Part shown: one piece after another, positions 18,012-27,650 of the stretch
How positions within the stretch are numbered: position 1 is the stretch's first letter
Layout: every line of letters starts with the position of its first letter
Position numbers and translations under genes: made by a program
Notes under the pieces: model-generated
Seen by the model: only the letters and a program-made list of their open reading frames with translations
Databases searched by the model: none
What the model was told of the DNA's origin: nothing
Source of the DNA: an uncultured delta proteobacterium
Lineage (GTDB): Bacteria > Myxococcota > Myxococcia > Myxococcales > Myxococcaceae
DNA: 64,000 nucleotides
Direction: 5' to 3'
Assembly: GCA_963776345.1 (NCBI GenBank)
Contig: CAVZMH010000022.1
Coordinates: forward strand, 32,001-96,000

Positions 18012-18707
18012 ATGCCCTCGATGAGCCTCGCCGGAACGATCCTCCTCCTCACCCTCCGCATCGACCCGGGCGCCGCGGCGGTGGACGGCACGGCGCCGCA
18101 GGGTGTGTCGCTCCTGACCGAGGAACCGACCCTGGTGCCCCTCTGGACCGCGCTCCAGGCCGAGGAGGGCGCCGATCGCCTCTGGTACTGGGGCTGGGCC
18201 TCGTTCCTCGGCGCGGTGGTGGTCGGGGAGACCGTCATCGCGGCCACCACCAGCAACGAGGGAAGCCGCATCAACGCCTACGTCAACATCCCCGCCAGCG
18301 CGGCGGGAATGATCGCCGTCCTCCTCACCCCGCCGGCGGCCGCCTTCGGGCTCGAGGAGGTTCGCCGCATGCCCGAGGACACCCCGGAGCAACGTCAGGC
18401 CAAGGCGGCCGCGCTCCGCAGCCTCTTCCGCCGCGCCGCGGAGCAGGAACGCTTCTACCGCTCTCCGCTCAACCACGTGGTGGGGCTGACCGTGAACGCC
18501 GGGCTGGCGGCGATCCTCTACTTCGGCTTCAAGCTGGGGGGCCGTGCGCTGCTCACCCTGGTGGGCGGCACGCTCGAATGGGAGATGCAGATCTTCACCC
18601 GGCCCACCGCGGCCCTGGACCTCGCGACGTCCCAACCCGGCAGCGGCCTCCAGGGCCTCCACGTCGTGCCGCTTCCCAACGGCATCGCGCTCGCCGGCTC
18701 GTTCTGA
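18012..18707 (+). CDS. Hypothetical membrane protein
   Basis: Several TM segments and a C-terminal beta-signal-like ending (GIALAGSF). Confidence 0.65.
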   Translation: MPSMSLAGTILLLTLRIDPGAAAVDGTAPQGVSLLTEEPTLVPLWTALQAEEGADRLWYWGWASFLGAVVVGETVIAATTSNEGSRINAYVNIPASAAGMIAVLLTPPAAAFGLEEVRRMPEDTPEQRQAKAAALRSLFRRAAEQERFYRSPLNHVVGLTVNAGLAAILYFGFKLGGRALLTLVGGTLEWEMQIFTRPTAALDLATSQPGSGLQGLHVVPLPNGIALAGSF

Positions 18708-18768
18708 GACCCCGGGCCCTCGCTTTCGTGCCAGGCTGACCCAGGACGCCCACCGAGGGGAGACGCGC

Positions 18769-19218
18769 ATGCGCAAAGCCATTCTCGTACTTGCACTGGC
18801 CGTGACCGGACCGGCAGCCGCTTCCGACAAGACCGACGTGATGGCGGTGGTCAATCAGTTCCTGGCCGGCTTCAACAAGGGCGACACCAAGGCGGCGCTC
18901 GCCACCTGCGCGCCCCAGACGGCGATCATCGACGAGTTCGCGCCTTACGTCTGGCAAGGCGCCACCGCGTGCTCGGACTGGGCGAACGACTTCGACGCCG
19001 ACGCGAAGAAGAACGGCATCACCGAGCCGAAGGTCGCCGCGGGGAAGCCGCGCCACGTCGACGTCGTGGGAGACAGGGCCTACGTGGTGATGCCGGCGGA
19101 CTTCAAGTTCAAGCTGAAGGGGAAGGCGACGGCGGAGAAGGGCTCCATCTTCACCGTGACCTTGCAGAAGCTCGCCGAGGGATGGCGCATCACCGGCTGG
19201 GCCTGGGCCAAGCACTGA
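18769..19218 (+). CDS. Secreted NTF2/SnoaL-like protein
   Basis: Signal peptide MRKAILVLALAV, F..GFNKGD, and GWRITGWAW ending. Confidence 0.85.
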   Translation: MRKAILVLALAVTGPAAASDKTDVMAVVNQFLAGFNKGDTKAALATCAPQTAIIDEFAPYVWQGATACSDWANDFDADAKKNGITEPKVAAGKPRHVDVVGDRAYVVMPADFKFKLKGKATAEKGSIFTVTLQKLAEGWRITGWAWAKH

Positions 19219-19240
19219 CCCCGGCGCCGCGGCGGCGCTG

Positions 19241-20164
19241 ATGCTGCGCATCGCCCACGTCTCCGACACCCACGTGCTCTCGATGCGCGGCGTCGAGTGG
19301 CGGAAGATGCTGCTCAACAAGCGCTTCACCGGCCAGGCCAACACCTTCCTGCGTCGCGGACGCGTGCACCGCCGCGAGTACCTGCTGGCCGTGCTCGCGG
19401 CCGCCGCCGCCGGCGCGGATCACGTCGTGGTCACCGGGGACATCACCAACCTCGCCCTGGAGAGCGAGTACCACGAGGCGCGTGCGCTGCTCGACGGCGT
19501 CGCGCGCTCGGTCGAGGTCACCGTCGTCCCCGGCAATCACGACATCTACCTTCCGTCCGTTCACCGCGAGCGGCGCTTCCCCCATCACTTTCGCACCTTC
19601 CTGCGGAGCGACCTCCCGGAGCTGGCGCTCGACCTTCCGACCGGGCCGTATCCTTGCGTCAAGCTGCGCGGGCCGGCGGCGATCATCGCGCTGTCGAGCG
19701 GCGTGCCCCGGCCCCCGTTCGTCGCCGCGGGCTATCTCGGCGATGCGCAGCGTGCGGCCCTGACGCGGGTGCTCGCCCATCCCGAGGTGGCGCGGCGCAC
19801 GCCGGTGATCCTGGTTCACCACCCGCCGGTCGACAGCCGGAGCCGCCTCGCCCGGCTGCGCGATGGGCTGGTCGACGCTGCGTCCCTGCGGGACACGCTC
19901 GCGCCCGTCGCGCGAGGACTCCTGCTCTTCGGCCACCTGCACGTGCGGGTGCGCTGTGTGCTCCGCACCGCCACGGGCACGCTGGACGTCGTCGGCGCGA
20001 GCGGAGCTGCGCTCGACCACCCCGATCCCGCGGTCCGCGCCGGCTTCAACCTCTACCAGGTCGACGACGACGGAAGGGTCATGACCATCGAGGCGCAGGT
20101 CATCGACCCGCCGGGAACGACCCTGCGGCGGATGGCGATTCCCGAGCGAGCGGCCTGCGTATGA
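19241..20164 (+). CDS. Metallophosphoesterase (calcineurin-like)
   Basis: SDTH, TGDITN, PGNHD, HHP and GHLH motifs. Confidence 0.92.
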   Translation: MLRIAHVSDTHVLSMRGVEWRKMLLNKRFTGQANTFLRRGRVHRREYLLAVLAAAAAGADHVVVTGDITNLALESEYHEARALLDGVARSVEVTVVPGNHDIYLPSVHRERRFPHHFRTFLRSDLPELALDLPTGPYPCVKLRGPAAIIALSSGVPRPPFVAAGYLGDAQRAALTRVLAHPEVARRTPVILVHHPPVDSRSRLARLRDGLVDAASLRDTLAPVARGLLLFGHLHVRVRCVLRTATGTLDVVGASGAALDHPDPAVRAGFNLYQVDDDGRVMTIEAQVIDPPGTTLRRMAIPERAACV

Positions 20165-22851
20165 ACTACCGGCGCGTGCTCTTCATCACCGGACTCGGAG
20201 AGGATGCCCGGGCAGCCGTGGCGCTGATCCGCCGCGTCGCTCCCGCTGCCGAGCTCCTGGTCGTCGTCGCCCGCCTGCCCGAGCGGCAGATCGCCTGGCT
20301 TGCCGACCAGGCCCCCGGCGAGCTGAACCAGGCCGCGCTCGCGGCGCTCGACGCCTTGCGCGCCTCGGCCGCCGGCGCGGCGGACCGGGTGGAGGTGAAG
20401 CTGGCGCCCGGGCTGGTCACCGAGGAGATGGTGGAGCTGGTGAAGGCGGCGGACATCGACCTGCTGGCCGCGGGCCCGTTGCCGCTGAGCGGCCTCGCGG
20501 TCCTCGCCGAGCTGCGAAAGCGCCATCCCCTCGCCGTGCTCTGGACCGCGGGCGCCGCGGCCATCGATCGCCCGGTGACGGAGCTGGTGTGCGTGGCGCT
20601 GGGCGAACGCGAGCGCGTCGGGATCGCTGCGTTCCTGCGCGCTCACGGGAGTCCGGCGCTGCACGCCAGCGTGCTGTTGCGCAAGCCTCGATCCCCCGGC
20701 CAGCTCGCCGAGGCGCTGGACCTGGCGGGCATCACGGCGAGGGTAGATCTCGTGACCCTCGCCGGAGGGTTGAGATCCTGGCTGGGCGGCGATTCGGGGC
20801 AGGCCCCCGTCGACCTGCTGGTGCTGGCGCGGTTTCCCGGCGCCCTGCTGCCCGTGGCTGCCTGGCCGGCCCCGCCCCTCATCCTGCCCCCGATGGCGAC
20901 GGCCCCGCCCACGCCGTGGCGCGCGCTCGACGTGCCCGATCTCGTGGAGGAAGCTGGCACCCTCCGGGTACGCGTCGACCATGCGTCCGGCGTGGGACGC
21001 CGCGATCCCATCCCCGACCAGCGGGTCGCCTTCATCTCCGGAGGCCGCGTGGTGGCGGTCGTCACCACCAGCCACGGCGAGGGCGAGCTGCCTGCCGGCC
21101 TCGGCGCCGTCTCCCTCGGCGTATGCCGGGTCGCGGAGAACATGGAACCCGATCCGCTCGCGGTCATCGAGGAGCAGGTCGCGGTCATCAGGCCCGGCTC
21201 CCGGCCGTTGCTGCTCTTCGACGCCGACCTCGCCGACGAGGAGCTGTTGCTCCTGGCCGGACTCCGGGCGGCGGAGGCTGCCGAGCTGCTCGCGGTCCGC
21301 CTTCGGGCCACCGAGAGCTGCAAGGCCATCCGCACCCGGTTGCTCGGCGCCGGGCTCCCCCCGGTCGTCGCCGATGCCAGCACGGTCCTGGACGAAGGAG
21401 AGGCCCTCGACGTGGCGAAGACGGTCGATCCCGTGCGTCTCGCGCGGGTGGGGGCGCGAATGCGCTGCGCCGGGTTTCCCGTCGTGGGCATCGTCCACGA
21501 TGGCTCGCACTCGCCGCGGACCATCGGGTTCACGGCGGTGACCGCGCTTGAAGCCGCCGCCAGGCGCTGGCGCCTCGACGCTCCCGTCGGCGGGAGCCGG
21601 TCCGTCGCCCTCCGCCTCGAGGCGACGACGGGCGCTTCACTCATCGGCGGCAACCGGGTCGAGCTCGAGCTCGACAACGCCACAGCCCGCCGCTGGCTGC
21701 TCGACGCCATCGCCGCCAGCCGCGAGCGATTCCACTTCCAGGTCTACATGGCAACGGACGACGACGTCGGCACCGCGGTCGAGGCTGCGCTGGCCGCGGC
21801 GGGCGCCCGGGGCGTCGCGGTGCGCGTGCTGGTCGATTCGCTGCACGGCCTTCACGGCTCGCTCGGTGCCCACAATCCGCTGCTCGACCGCCTCGGCAGC
21901 CGCCCCGGTGTCGAGGTCCGCGTGTCGCGGCCGCTCACGGGTGTGCCCTCGCTCGAGGACCTGAAGCAGCGGGACCATCGCAAGATGGCCATCGCCGACG
22001 GCGCCATCGGGCTGATGGGCGGGCGCAACCTCGCGCACGAGTACTACACCGGGTTCGAGGAGGTGCAGCTCACGCCCCTGTCGCCGTGGCGCGAGGTGCC
22101 GTGGCTCGACGCCGGCGCCCGGGTCGAGGGTCCGGCCGTCACCGCGCTGGAACACTCCTTCCTGGAGGCCTGGATCGAGGCGGGGGGGACGGCGTTCGAG
22201 ATCGCCGACCGGCCACCGGCCGGGGACACCAGGGTCCGTGTCGTCATCCACCATGGGCTGCAGGACGCGGCCACACTCGAGGCCTACCTCGCGCTCATCG
22301 AGACCGCGCAGTCACACGTCTACGTGGTCAACGGCTTCCCGCTGATCCTGGAGGTCCAGCACGCCCTGCTGCGCGCGCTCCGGCGGGGAGTCCGGGTGTG
22401 CACGCTCTTCGGCCACATGACGCCCACCCATGGTGGCAAGCCGTTCCAGGGCCCATGGGCCTGGGCGCGAACCGTCGCAACGCAGCTGGTGGATTCGCGC
22501 ATCGATGCGCTGCTCGCGGCTGGCGGCGAAGGCTATCGGCTCGCCGTCCCGCAGCAGCCCGGATGGCCGCCCGGCCTGGGTGTGGTGCGCCCCCATGTCC
22601 ACGCCAAGGTGATGAGCGCCGACGGGCGCGTCTGCGCGGTCGGCAGCGCCAACCTGGACATCACCGCCGGCTACTGGGAGAGCGAGCTCCTGCTCCTGGT
22701 GGAGGACGCCGCGATCACCGCCGCACTCGAGGCCCGCATCGAGGCGCTGATCGCCGGCTCGGACCGCGTCGATCGCAATGACCCGGCGTGGCAGGAGAGC
22801 GCCAGCCACCGCCAGTGGATGCGCCATTGGCCCGGCGTGCTGTCGGTCTGA
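20161..22851 (+). CDS. Phospholipase D family protein with a long N-terminal extension (degenerate USP-like region)
   Basis: ATGA overlap start MNYRRVLF. C-terminal HKD motifs HRKMAIAD and HAKVMSAD, plus GSAN. Confidence 0.8.
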   Translation: MNYRRVLFITGLGEDARAAVALIRRVAPAAELLVVVARLPERQIAWLADQAPGELNQAALAALDALRASAAGAADRVEVKLAPGLVTEEMVELVKAADIDLLAAGPLPLSGLAVLAELRKRHPLAVLWTAGAAAIDRPVTELVCVALGERERVGIAAFLRAHGSPALHASVLLRKPRSPGQLAEALDLAGITARVDLVTLAGGLRSWLGGDSGQAPVDLLVLARFPGALLPVAAWPAPPLILPPMATAPPTPWRALDVPDLVEEAGTLRVRVDHASGVGRRDPIPDQRVAFISGGRVVAVVTTSHGEGELPAGLGAVSLGVCRVAENMEPDPLAVIEEQVAVIRPGSRPLLLFDADLADEELLLLAGLRAAEAAELLAVRLRATESCKAIRTRLLGAGLPPVVADASTVLDEGEALDVAKTVDPVRLARVGARMRCAGFPVVGIVHDGSHSPRTIGFTAVTALEAAARRWRLDAPVGGSRSVALRLEATTGASLIGGNRVELELDNATARRWLLDAIAASRERFHFQVYMATDDDVGTAVEAALAAAGARGVAVRVLVDSLHGLHGSLGAHNPLLDRLGSRPGVEVRVSRPLTGVPSLEDLKQRDHRKMAIADGAIGLMGGRNLAHEYYTGFEEVQLTPLSPWREVPWLDAGARVEGPAVTALEHSFLEAWIEAGGTAFEIADRPPAGDTRVRVVIHHGLQDAATLEAYLALIETAQSHVYVVNGFPLILEVQHALLRALRRGVRVCTLFGHMTPTHGGKPFQGPWAWARTVATQLVDSRIDALLAAGGEGYRLAVPQQPGWPPGLGVVRPHVHAKVMSADGRVCAVGSANLDITAGYWESELLLLVEDAAITAALEARIEALIAGSDRVDRNDPAWQESASHRQWMRHWPGVLSV

Positions 22852-22870
22852 CCGACCCCCAGAGGCAAGC

Positions 22871-23695
22871 GTGCTCGTCTTCGCCTACGACGGATCGCTG
22901 AACGGGGACTGGGTCGCGCACTACGCGGTCCGCTTCGCCGCCAACCGCAGCGAACGCAAGCTCCGCCTCGTGCACCTGTACGAGGAGTCACCCGAGCCGT
23001 ACCTGCACGAGCGCATCGCGCGCATCGCCAGGGAGTGCGAGCTATTCGGGGTCACGCTGGAGGTCGAGCTCTCCGCGCGTGGCAGCACCGACGTCGCCGA
23101 GCGACTGCTGTCGCTCGTTCCGCCCGGCGCCGTCCTGGTGGCCGGCACCCGCGCCCGACCCCGTGGCACCGCCTTTCTCGCCGGCACCGTCTCGGCGCGG
23201 ATGATCGAGGCCCGTCGCTGCCCGGTGATCGCCATCCGGGTCGTTCACCCTGGAGTGCTGGGCCGGCCGGGCAGCGTGCTCTTGCCCGTCGAGGCGCGGA
23301 GTCACGAGGTCAGGCATGCCCTTGCCCTTCTCCGACTCCTCGGTCCGGACCTGCACCGCCTCGACCTCCTGCTGGTCCGTGAGGTGTCTCGCCTGCGCCT
23401 GCGCTTCCTGAGCGACGAAGGCGCCAGTCGATTGCTCGGCGAAGGGAGGGCGTTCCTGGCTCCTCTCGAGGAGGAGCTGCGCCAGGGACTGGCCCCACAG
23501 CCCGTCGAGCTCGACTCGAGGGTGGTGGTCTCCGATGACGCTTCCAGGGAGATCCTCCTCTACGCCAGCAGGCACCGGTCGCGTCTCATCTGTCTCAGAG
23601 CGCCGGAGCGCCCCCTTGCGCCGCGCGGAGAGCCCGTCGAACGAATCCTGCGTGACACGCCCTCGGACGTGGCCGTCTACGGGAGGGTGGATTGA
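22871..23695 (+). CDS. Universal stress protein (tandem USP)
   Basis: VFAYDGS, GTVSARMI...CPVIAI, second repeat ending ERILRDTPSDVAV. Confidence 0.85.
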   Translation: MLVFAYDGSLNGDWVAHYAVRFAANRSERKLRLVHLYEESPEPYLHERIARIARECELFGVTLEVELSARGSTDVAERLLSLVPPGAVLVAGTRARPRGTAFLAGTVSARMIEARRCPVIAIRVVHPGVLGRPGSVLLPVEARSHEVRHALALLRLLGPDLHRLDLLLVREVSRLRLRFLSDEGASRLLGEGRAFLAPLEEELRQGLAPQPVELDSRVVVSDDASREILLYASRHRSRLICLRAPERPLAPRGEPVERILRDTPSDVAVYGRVD

Positions 23696-26364
23696 CCCAG
23701 GGCCAGATCCACAACCTCGACGTCCCCGAGGTCTGGTCGCTGTTGCGCAGCCGCCGGGAGGGGCTCCGGCCGGAGGAGGTGGCGCAGCGGCTCGCGGAGA
23801 TCGGACCCAACACCCTCGGCCCGCCGCCGCGCTGGGGCTGGCTGCGCACGCTTCTCCAGCAGTTTGCCAACCTCTTCAGTGTGCTCCTCGATGTGTCGGC
23901 GGCGCTCTGCTTCGTGGCCGACCGAATGAGCCCTGGCCAAGGCATGGCCGTGCTCGGCTGGGCGCTCCTCGCCGTGGCGGTCCTCAACGCGCTCTTCACC
24001 TTCTCGCAGGCGCTCCGCGCCGAGCGCGCCATGGAGGCCCTGCGCAAGCTCTTGCCCCGGAGCATCACCGTGCGACGGGGCGGCGCCGAGGAGGAGGTGT
24101 CGATCGAGGAGCTGGTTCCTGGCGATGTGCTGCTGCTCTCGGAGGGCGACCGGGTGCCGGCGGATGCGCGCCTGGTGGAGAGCAGCGATCTCCTGGCAAA
24201 CAACGCCCCGCTGACCGGTGAGTCGCGGCACGCGAGGCTGGACGCAGGCCGCGTCGAGCAGGGGCGCATGGTCGACGCCCCGAACCTCGTCTTCACCGGC
24301 TGCTCGCTCCTGCGCGGCTCGGGTACCGCCGTGGTCTACGCCACGGGCCAGCGCACGGAGTTCGGCAGGATCGCCACGCTCAGCGTCCAGGTGCGCCGGC
24401 CGCCGACCCCCCTCGAGCGCGAGGTGTCCAGGATGGTGCGCATCCTGACCATCCTGGCGGTGGTGATGGGCGGCGCGTTCTTCGCCTACGGCCTCGCCAT
24501 CGGGCGGGGGATCTGGATCAACGTGGTCTTCATGGTGGGGATCATCGTGGCCAACGTGCCCGAGGGTCTCCTGCCCACCATGACCCTGGCGCTGGCCATG
24601 GGCGGCCTGCGTCTCGCCCGGAAGAAGGTGCTGGTGAAGAGCCTGAACGCGGTCGAGGCGCTGGGCTCGGTCGAGGTGATCTGCACCGACAAGACCGGAA
24701 CCTTGACCAAGAACCAGCTGGCAGTGACCGGCGTGGTCGACGCGTTCACCGGCGAGCCTCTCGAGGATCCAGCCCGGCGCACCCTGCTCGGGATCGCCGT
24801 GGCCGCGTCCGAGATCCATCAGCAGGCCGGCGCGCTCACTGGCGATCCGCTCGACGTCGCTGCCGCCGAGGCGCTGCGAGAGATGGGCGGCGATCCGCTG
24901 GTCCTGTCACGCGAGGTGGTTCGCCACATCGCCTTCGACGTGCAGCGGAGGCGTGCGGCGGGTGTGATCGCGAGCAGCGAGTCCCGACGCTTTGCGATCA
25001 AGGGAGCCTGGGAGGTCGTGCGTCCGCACGTGCGCGCCTCCCCCGAGGCGCTCGGCAGGGGGGACGAGACGGTGCGGCGGCTCGCGTCGGGAGGGCTGCG
25101 CATCATCGCCGTCGCGTCTCGTCGGCTGGAACCGGCAGAGGTGGGAGCGCCGGAAGCCACTCTGGAGCGAGATCTCGAGCTGCACGGCTTTCTATGCCTC
25201 TCCGACCCCCTGCGCGACGAGGTGCCCGCTGCGCTCGTGCGCTGCCACTCCGCCGGAATCCGGGTGATCCTCGTGACCGGCGACCACCCGGTCACCGCTC
25301 AGGCCGTCGCGGAGCACGCCGGCATCCTTGCGCCGGGCTCGCCGCCCCAGGCGGTGCTGACCGGGGATGCGCTCGAGTCGATGCGCGAAGCGGAGATCGT
25401 GGAGCGCCTGAACGACGGGGTGAGCGTGTTCGCCCGCACCACGCCCCTGCAGAAGCTGAAGATCGTCGACGCGCTCAAGCGAATGGGCCTGCTCGTCGCC
25501 ATGACCGGCGACGGGGTCAACGACGCACCGGCGCTGCGTGCGGCCGATGTGGGCATCGCCATGGGCGCGGCAGGGACGGACGTGGCGCGGGAGGCCGCCC
25601 AGATCGTCCTCCTCGACGACAACTTTGCGAGCATCGTGACGGGAGTGGAGGAGGGGCGCACGGTCTTCTCCAACATCCGCAAGTTCACCAGCTATGTGCT
25701 CGCCAGCAACGTGCCGGAGATGGTGCCGTTCCTGGCCTACGTGGTGCTTCCGGTGCCGCTGGCGCTCACGGTGGTGCAGATCCTCTCCATCGATCTCGGC
25801 ACCGACATGGTTCCGGCCATCGGGCTGGGGCAGGAGCTGCCCGACGGGGAAGCGATGAAGCGCCCTCCTCGCGGTCGCCGCGGGCGCCTTCTCGACGCGA
25901 AGCTGATCCTCAGAAGCTATCTGTTCCTGGGCGTCGTCGAGGCGGCGTGGGCAATGTTCATGTTCTTCTGCGTGCTCTGGGATGGGGGCTGGCGGTACGG
26001 GGCCGTTCTCTCCGTGACCGATCCCCTCTACCGCAGCGCCACCGGAATCACCTTCGCTTCGGTGGTCTTCGCGCAGATCGGGAACCTGATCGGACGCCGC
26101 TACGAGGAGCGCTCCGGGCTCGACTGGGGGCTCTTCCGGAATCCACTGTACGTGCTCGGCATCGCGCTCGAGCTGGTGTTCGTGTTCGGGGCGCTCTACT
26201 GGCCGCCGCTCCGCGCGGCGCTCGGGACGGGGCCGATCGAGCCCTGGTTCATCGGGCTGGCTGCGCTGGGTGCACCGGTGCTGTTTCTCGCCGACCTGAT
26301 GCGGAAGCGTCTCACCACGACCCGAGCCAGCGCCGGAGCGTCGCGTACACCTCGGCCCGGTTGA
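23692..26364 (+). CDS. Cation-transporting P-type ATPase (type IIC-like)
   Basis: TGES, ANVPEGL, DKTGTLT, TGDH, MTGDGVNDAPAL, SNVPE, IDLGTDMVPA. Confidence 0.95.
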   Translation: MTQGQIHNLDVPEVWSLLRSRREGLRPEEVAQRLAEIGPNTLGPPPRWGWLRTLLQQFANLFSVLLDVSAALCFVADRMSPGQGMAVLGWALLAVAVLNALFTFSQALRAERAMEALRKLLPRSITVRRGGAEEEVSIEELVPGDVLLLSEGDRVPADARLVESSDLLANNAPLTGESRHARLDAGRVEQGRMVDAPNLVFTGCSLLRGSGTAVVYATGQRTEFGRIATLSVQVRRPPTPLEREVSRMVRILTILAVVMGGAFFAYGLAIGRGIWINVVFMVGIIVANVPEGLLPTMTLALAMGGLRLARKKVLVKSLNAVEALGSVEVICTDKTGTLTKNQLAVTGVVDAFTGEPLEDPARRTLLGIAVAASEIHQQAGALTGDPLDVAAAEALREMGGDPLVLSREVVRHIAFDVQRRRAAGVIASSESRRFAIKGAWEVVRPHVRASPEALGRGDETVRRLASGGLRIIAVASRRLEPAEVGAPEATLERDLELHGFLCLSDPLRDEVPAALVRCHSAGIRVILVTGDHPVTAQAVAEHAGILAPGSPPQAVLTGDALESMREAEIVERLNDGVSVFARTTPLQKLKIVDALKRMGLLVAMTGDGVNDAPALRAADVGIAMGAAGTDVAREAAQIVLLDDNFASIVTGVEEGRTVFSNIRKFTSYVLASNVPEMVPFLAYVVLPVPLALTVVQILSIDLGTDMVPAIGLGQELPDGEAMKRPPRGRRGRLLDAKLILRSYLFLGVVEAAWAMFMFFCVLWDGGWRYGAVLSVTDPLYRSATGITFASVVFAQIGNLIGRRYEERSGLDWGLFRNPLYVLGIALELVFVFGALYWPPLRAALGTGPIEPWFIGLAALGAPVLFLADLMRKRLTTTRASAGASRTPRPG

Positions 26365-27517
26365 GCAGCTCGAAGTGGCCCATCCCGAAGCCGATCCACT
26401 GGTGCGCCTCGGGGAACGCGAGGGTCAGCTCCGGCTTGCGGTGCCGGCCGAGCGCACTGTCCACCGAGACCAGGCCGTCGCCGGGGAGCTTGCTCCGGGC
26501 CTCGGGCGCCGTCGTCGCGGCGATGGCGTAGCACTCCACGCCGTCAGGCAGCTTCAGCTTCCTCCGGGGGTCCCCGGGGTGCGCGAAGCGCTCGCGGCCT
26601 TCCCAGTGCTCGTCCAGGACGAGGCCGAAGCGCATGTCGGTGACGCCGGCGCTGCGAATCTTTCCCAGGCGCGCCAGCGGGGCGCTGTACCGGCTCACGC
26701 CGAGCAGCAGCTCGATCCAGTTGCCGCCGCGCTCGAGCGGCGCGCCGTGGTGGGGCGAGCCGAGGCAGACCAGCTTGTCCAGCCTTGGCCGCCAACGGTG
26801 TGCCGCCGCCTCGGCGTAGTGGCAAGCGCTGCGCGCCACCAGCCCGCCCATGCTGTGGCCGAGGATCACCAGCTCGTCGATCGGCACGGGCCACTCGGCG
26901 ACGAGCTGTTCGAGCAGCGCCGCGAAGGCGCGCCCGTTGGTCGAGATGTGCAGGCCGCTGTTGTAGAGGAGGTAGACCGGCGTGTAGCCGAGGTCGCGGG
27001 CGAGCGCGGCGCCGTGGTCGTGACCCAGCCGGAGCCACTTCCGGTCGTTCAGACAGGAGCCGTGGAGGAGGAGGAGCAGCTTGCCGCCGGCCTGCGGAAG
27101 GAGCGCCTGCAGCGCCCGTCGCTCGAGCTCCAGCGGATGGCCGCCCTGGCGCAGCTGCATCTGGATCGCCAGCGGGTTTCCGGTCGCGCTCAGGTAGTCA
27201 CCGAGCACGCCGTTGAGCACGGCGAGCACGGCCTCCCGCTCGGGGCCGGCCGGGCCTTCGCCGGCGAGCGGCGCGAGCTTCGCGAGAGCGCGGTCGATGC
27301 TGGCCCCCACCAGCTTTGTCACCCCGCGGATGCTCCCGTAGACCGGGCGAGTGAGGACGCGGGTCGGGCGCTCGAGCGGCCGGCCGAGGATCGCGGGCCC
27401 GCCCCCGATGGTGAGGTGCATGGCCTCGACCAGATCGGTGACGCTCCGGGTCGCCTCGATCGCCAGACGACTCGCCCCGCGCAGATCGTCGAGGTGGTTA
27501 CGGATGCTCTTCGTCAC
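26312..27517 (-). CDS. Alpha/beta hydrolase (PGAP1/lipase-like)
   Basis: HGSC, YNSGLHIS, GHSMGG, PHHGAPLE, GDGLV, GH. Confidence 0.85.
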   Translation of the reverse strand: MTKSIRNHLDDLRGASRLAIEATRSVTDLVEAMHLTIGGGPAILGRPLERPTRVLTRPVYGSIRGVTKLVGASIDRALAKLAPLAGEGPAGPEREAVLAVLNGVLGDYLSATGNPLAIQMQLRQGGHPLELERRALQALLPQAGGKLLLLLHGSCLNDRKWLRLGHDHGAALARDLGYTPVYLLYNSGLHISTNGRAFAALLEQLVAEWPVPIDELVILGHSMGGLVARSACHYAEAAAHRWRPRLDKLVCLGSPHHGAPLERGGNWIELLLGVSRYSAPLARLGKIRSAGVTDMRFGLVLDEHWEGRERFAHPGDPRRKLKLPDGVECYAIAATTAPEARSKLPGDGLVSVDSALGRHRKPELTLAFPEAHQWIGFGMGHFELLNRAEVYATLRRWLGSW

Positions 27518-27650
27518 TACGTCGCTTCCTCGCTTGGACTGGCGGCGTCGGTTTCACCGTCGCCCTCCGATGAGCGACATCTACCAGCATCTCGCGCCCG
27601 AGTGGACGAGGAAGAGGGCCGGGTGGGAGAGGCCGGCCTCGAGGCGCGTC

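Noticed and set aside
19241..22851. Metallophosphoesterase plus PLD as an anti-phage nuclease system
   Set aside because: The PLD has two HKD motifs and cardiolipin-synthase-like flanks. The context is USP and ion pump, not a defence island.
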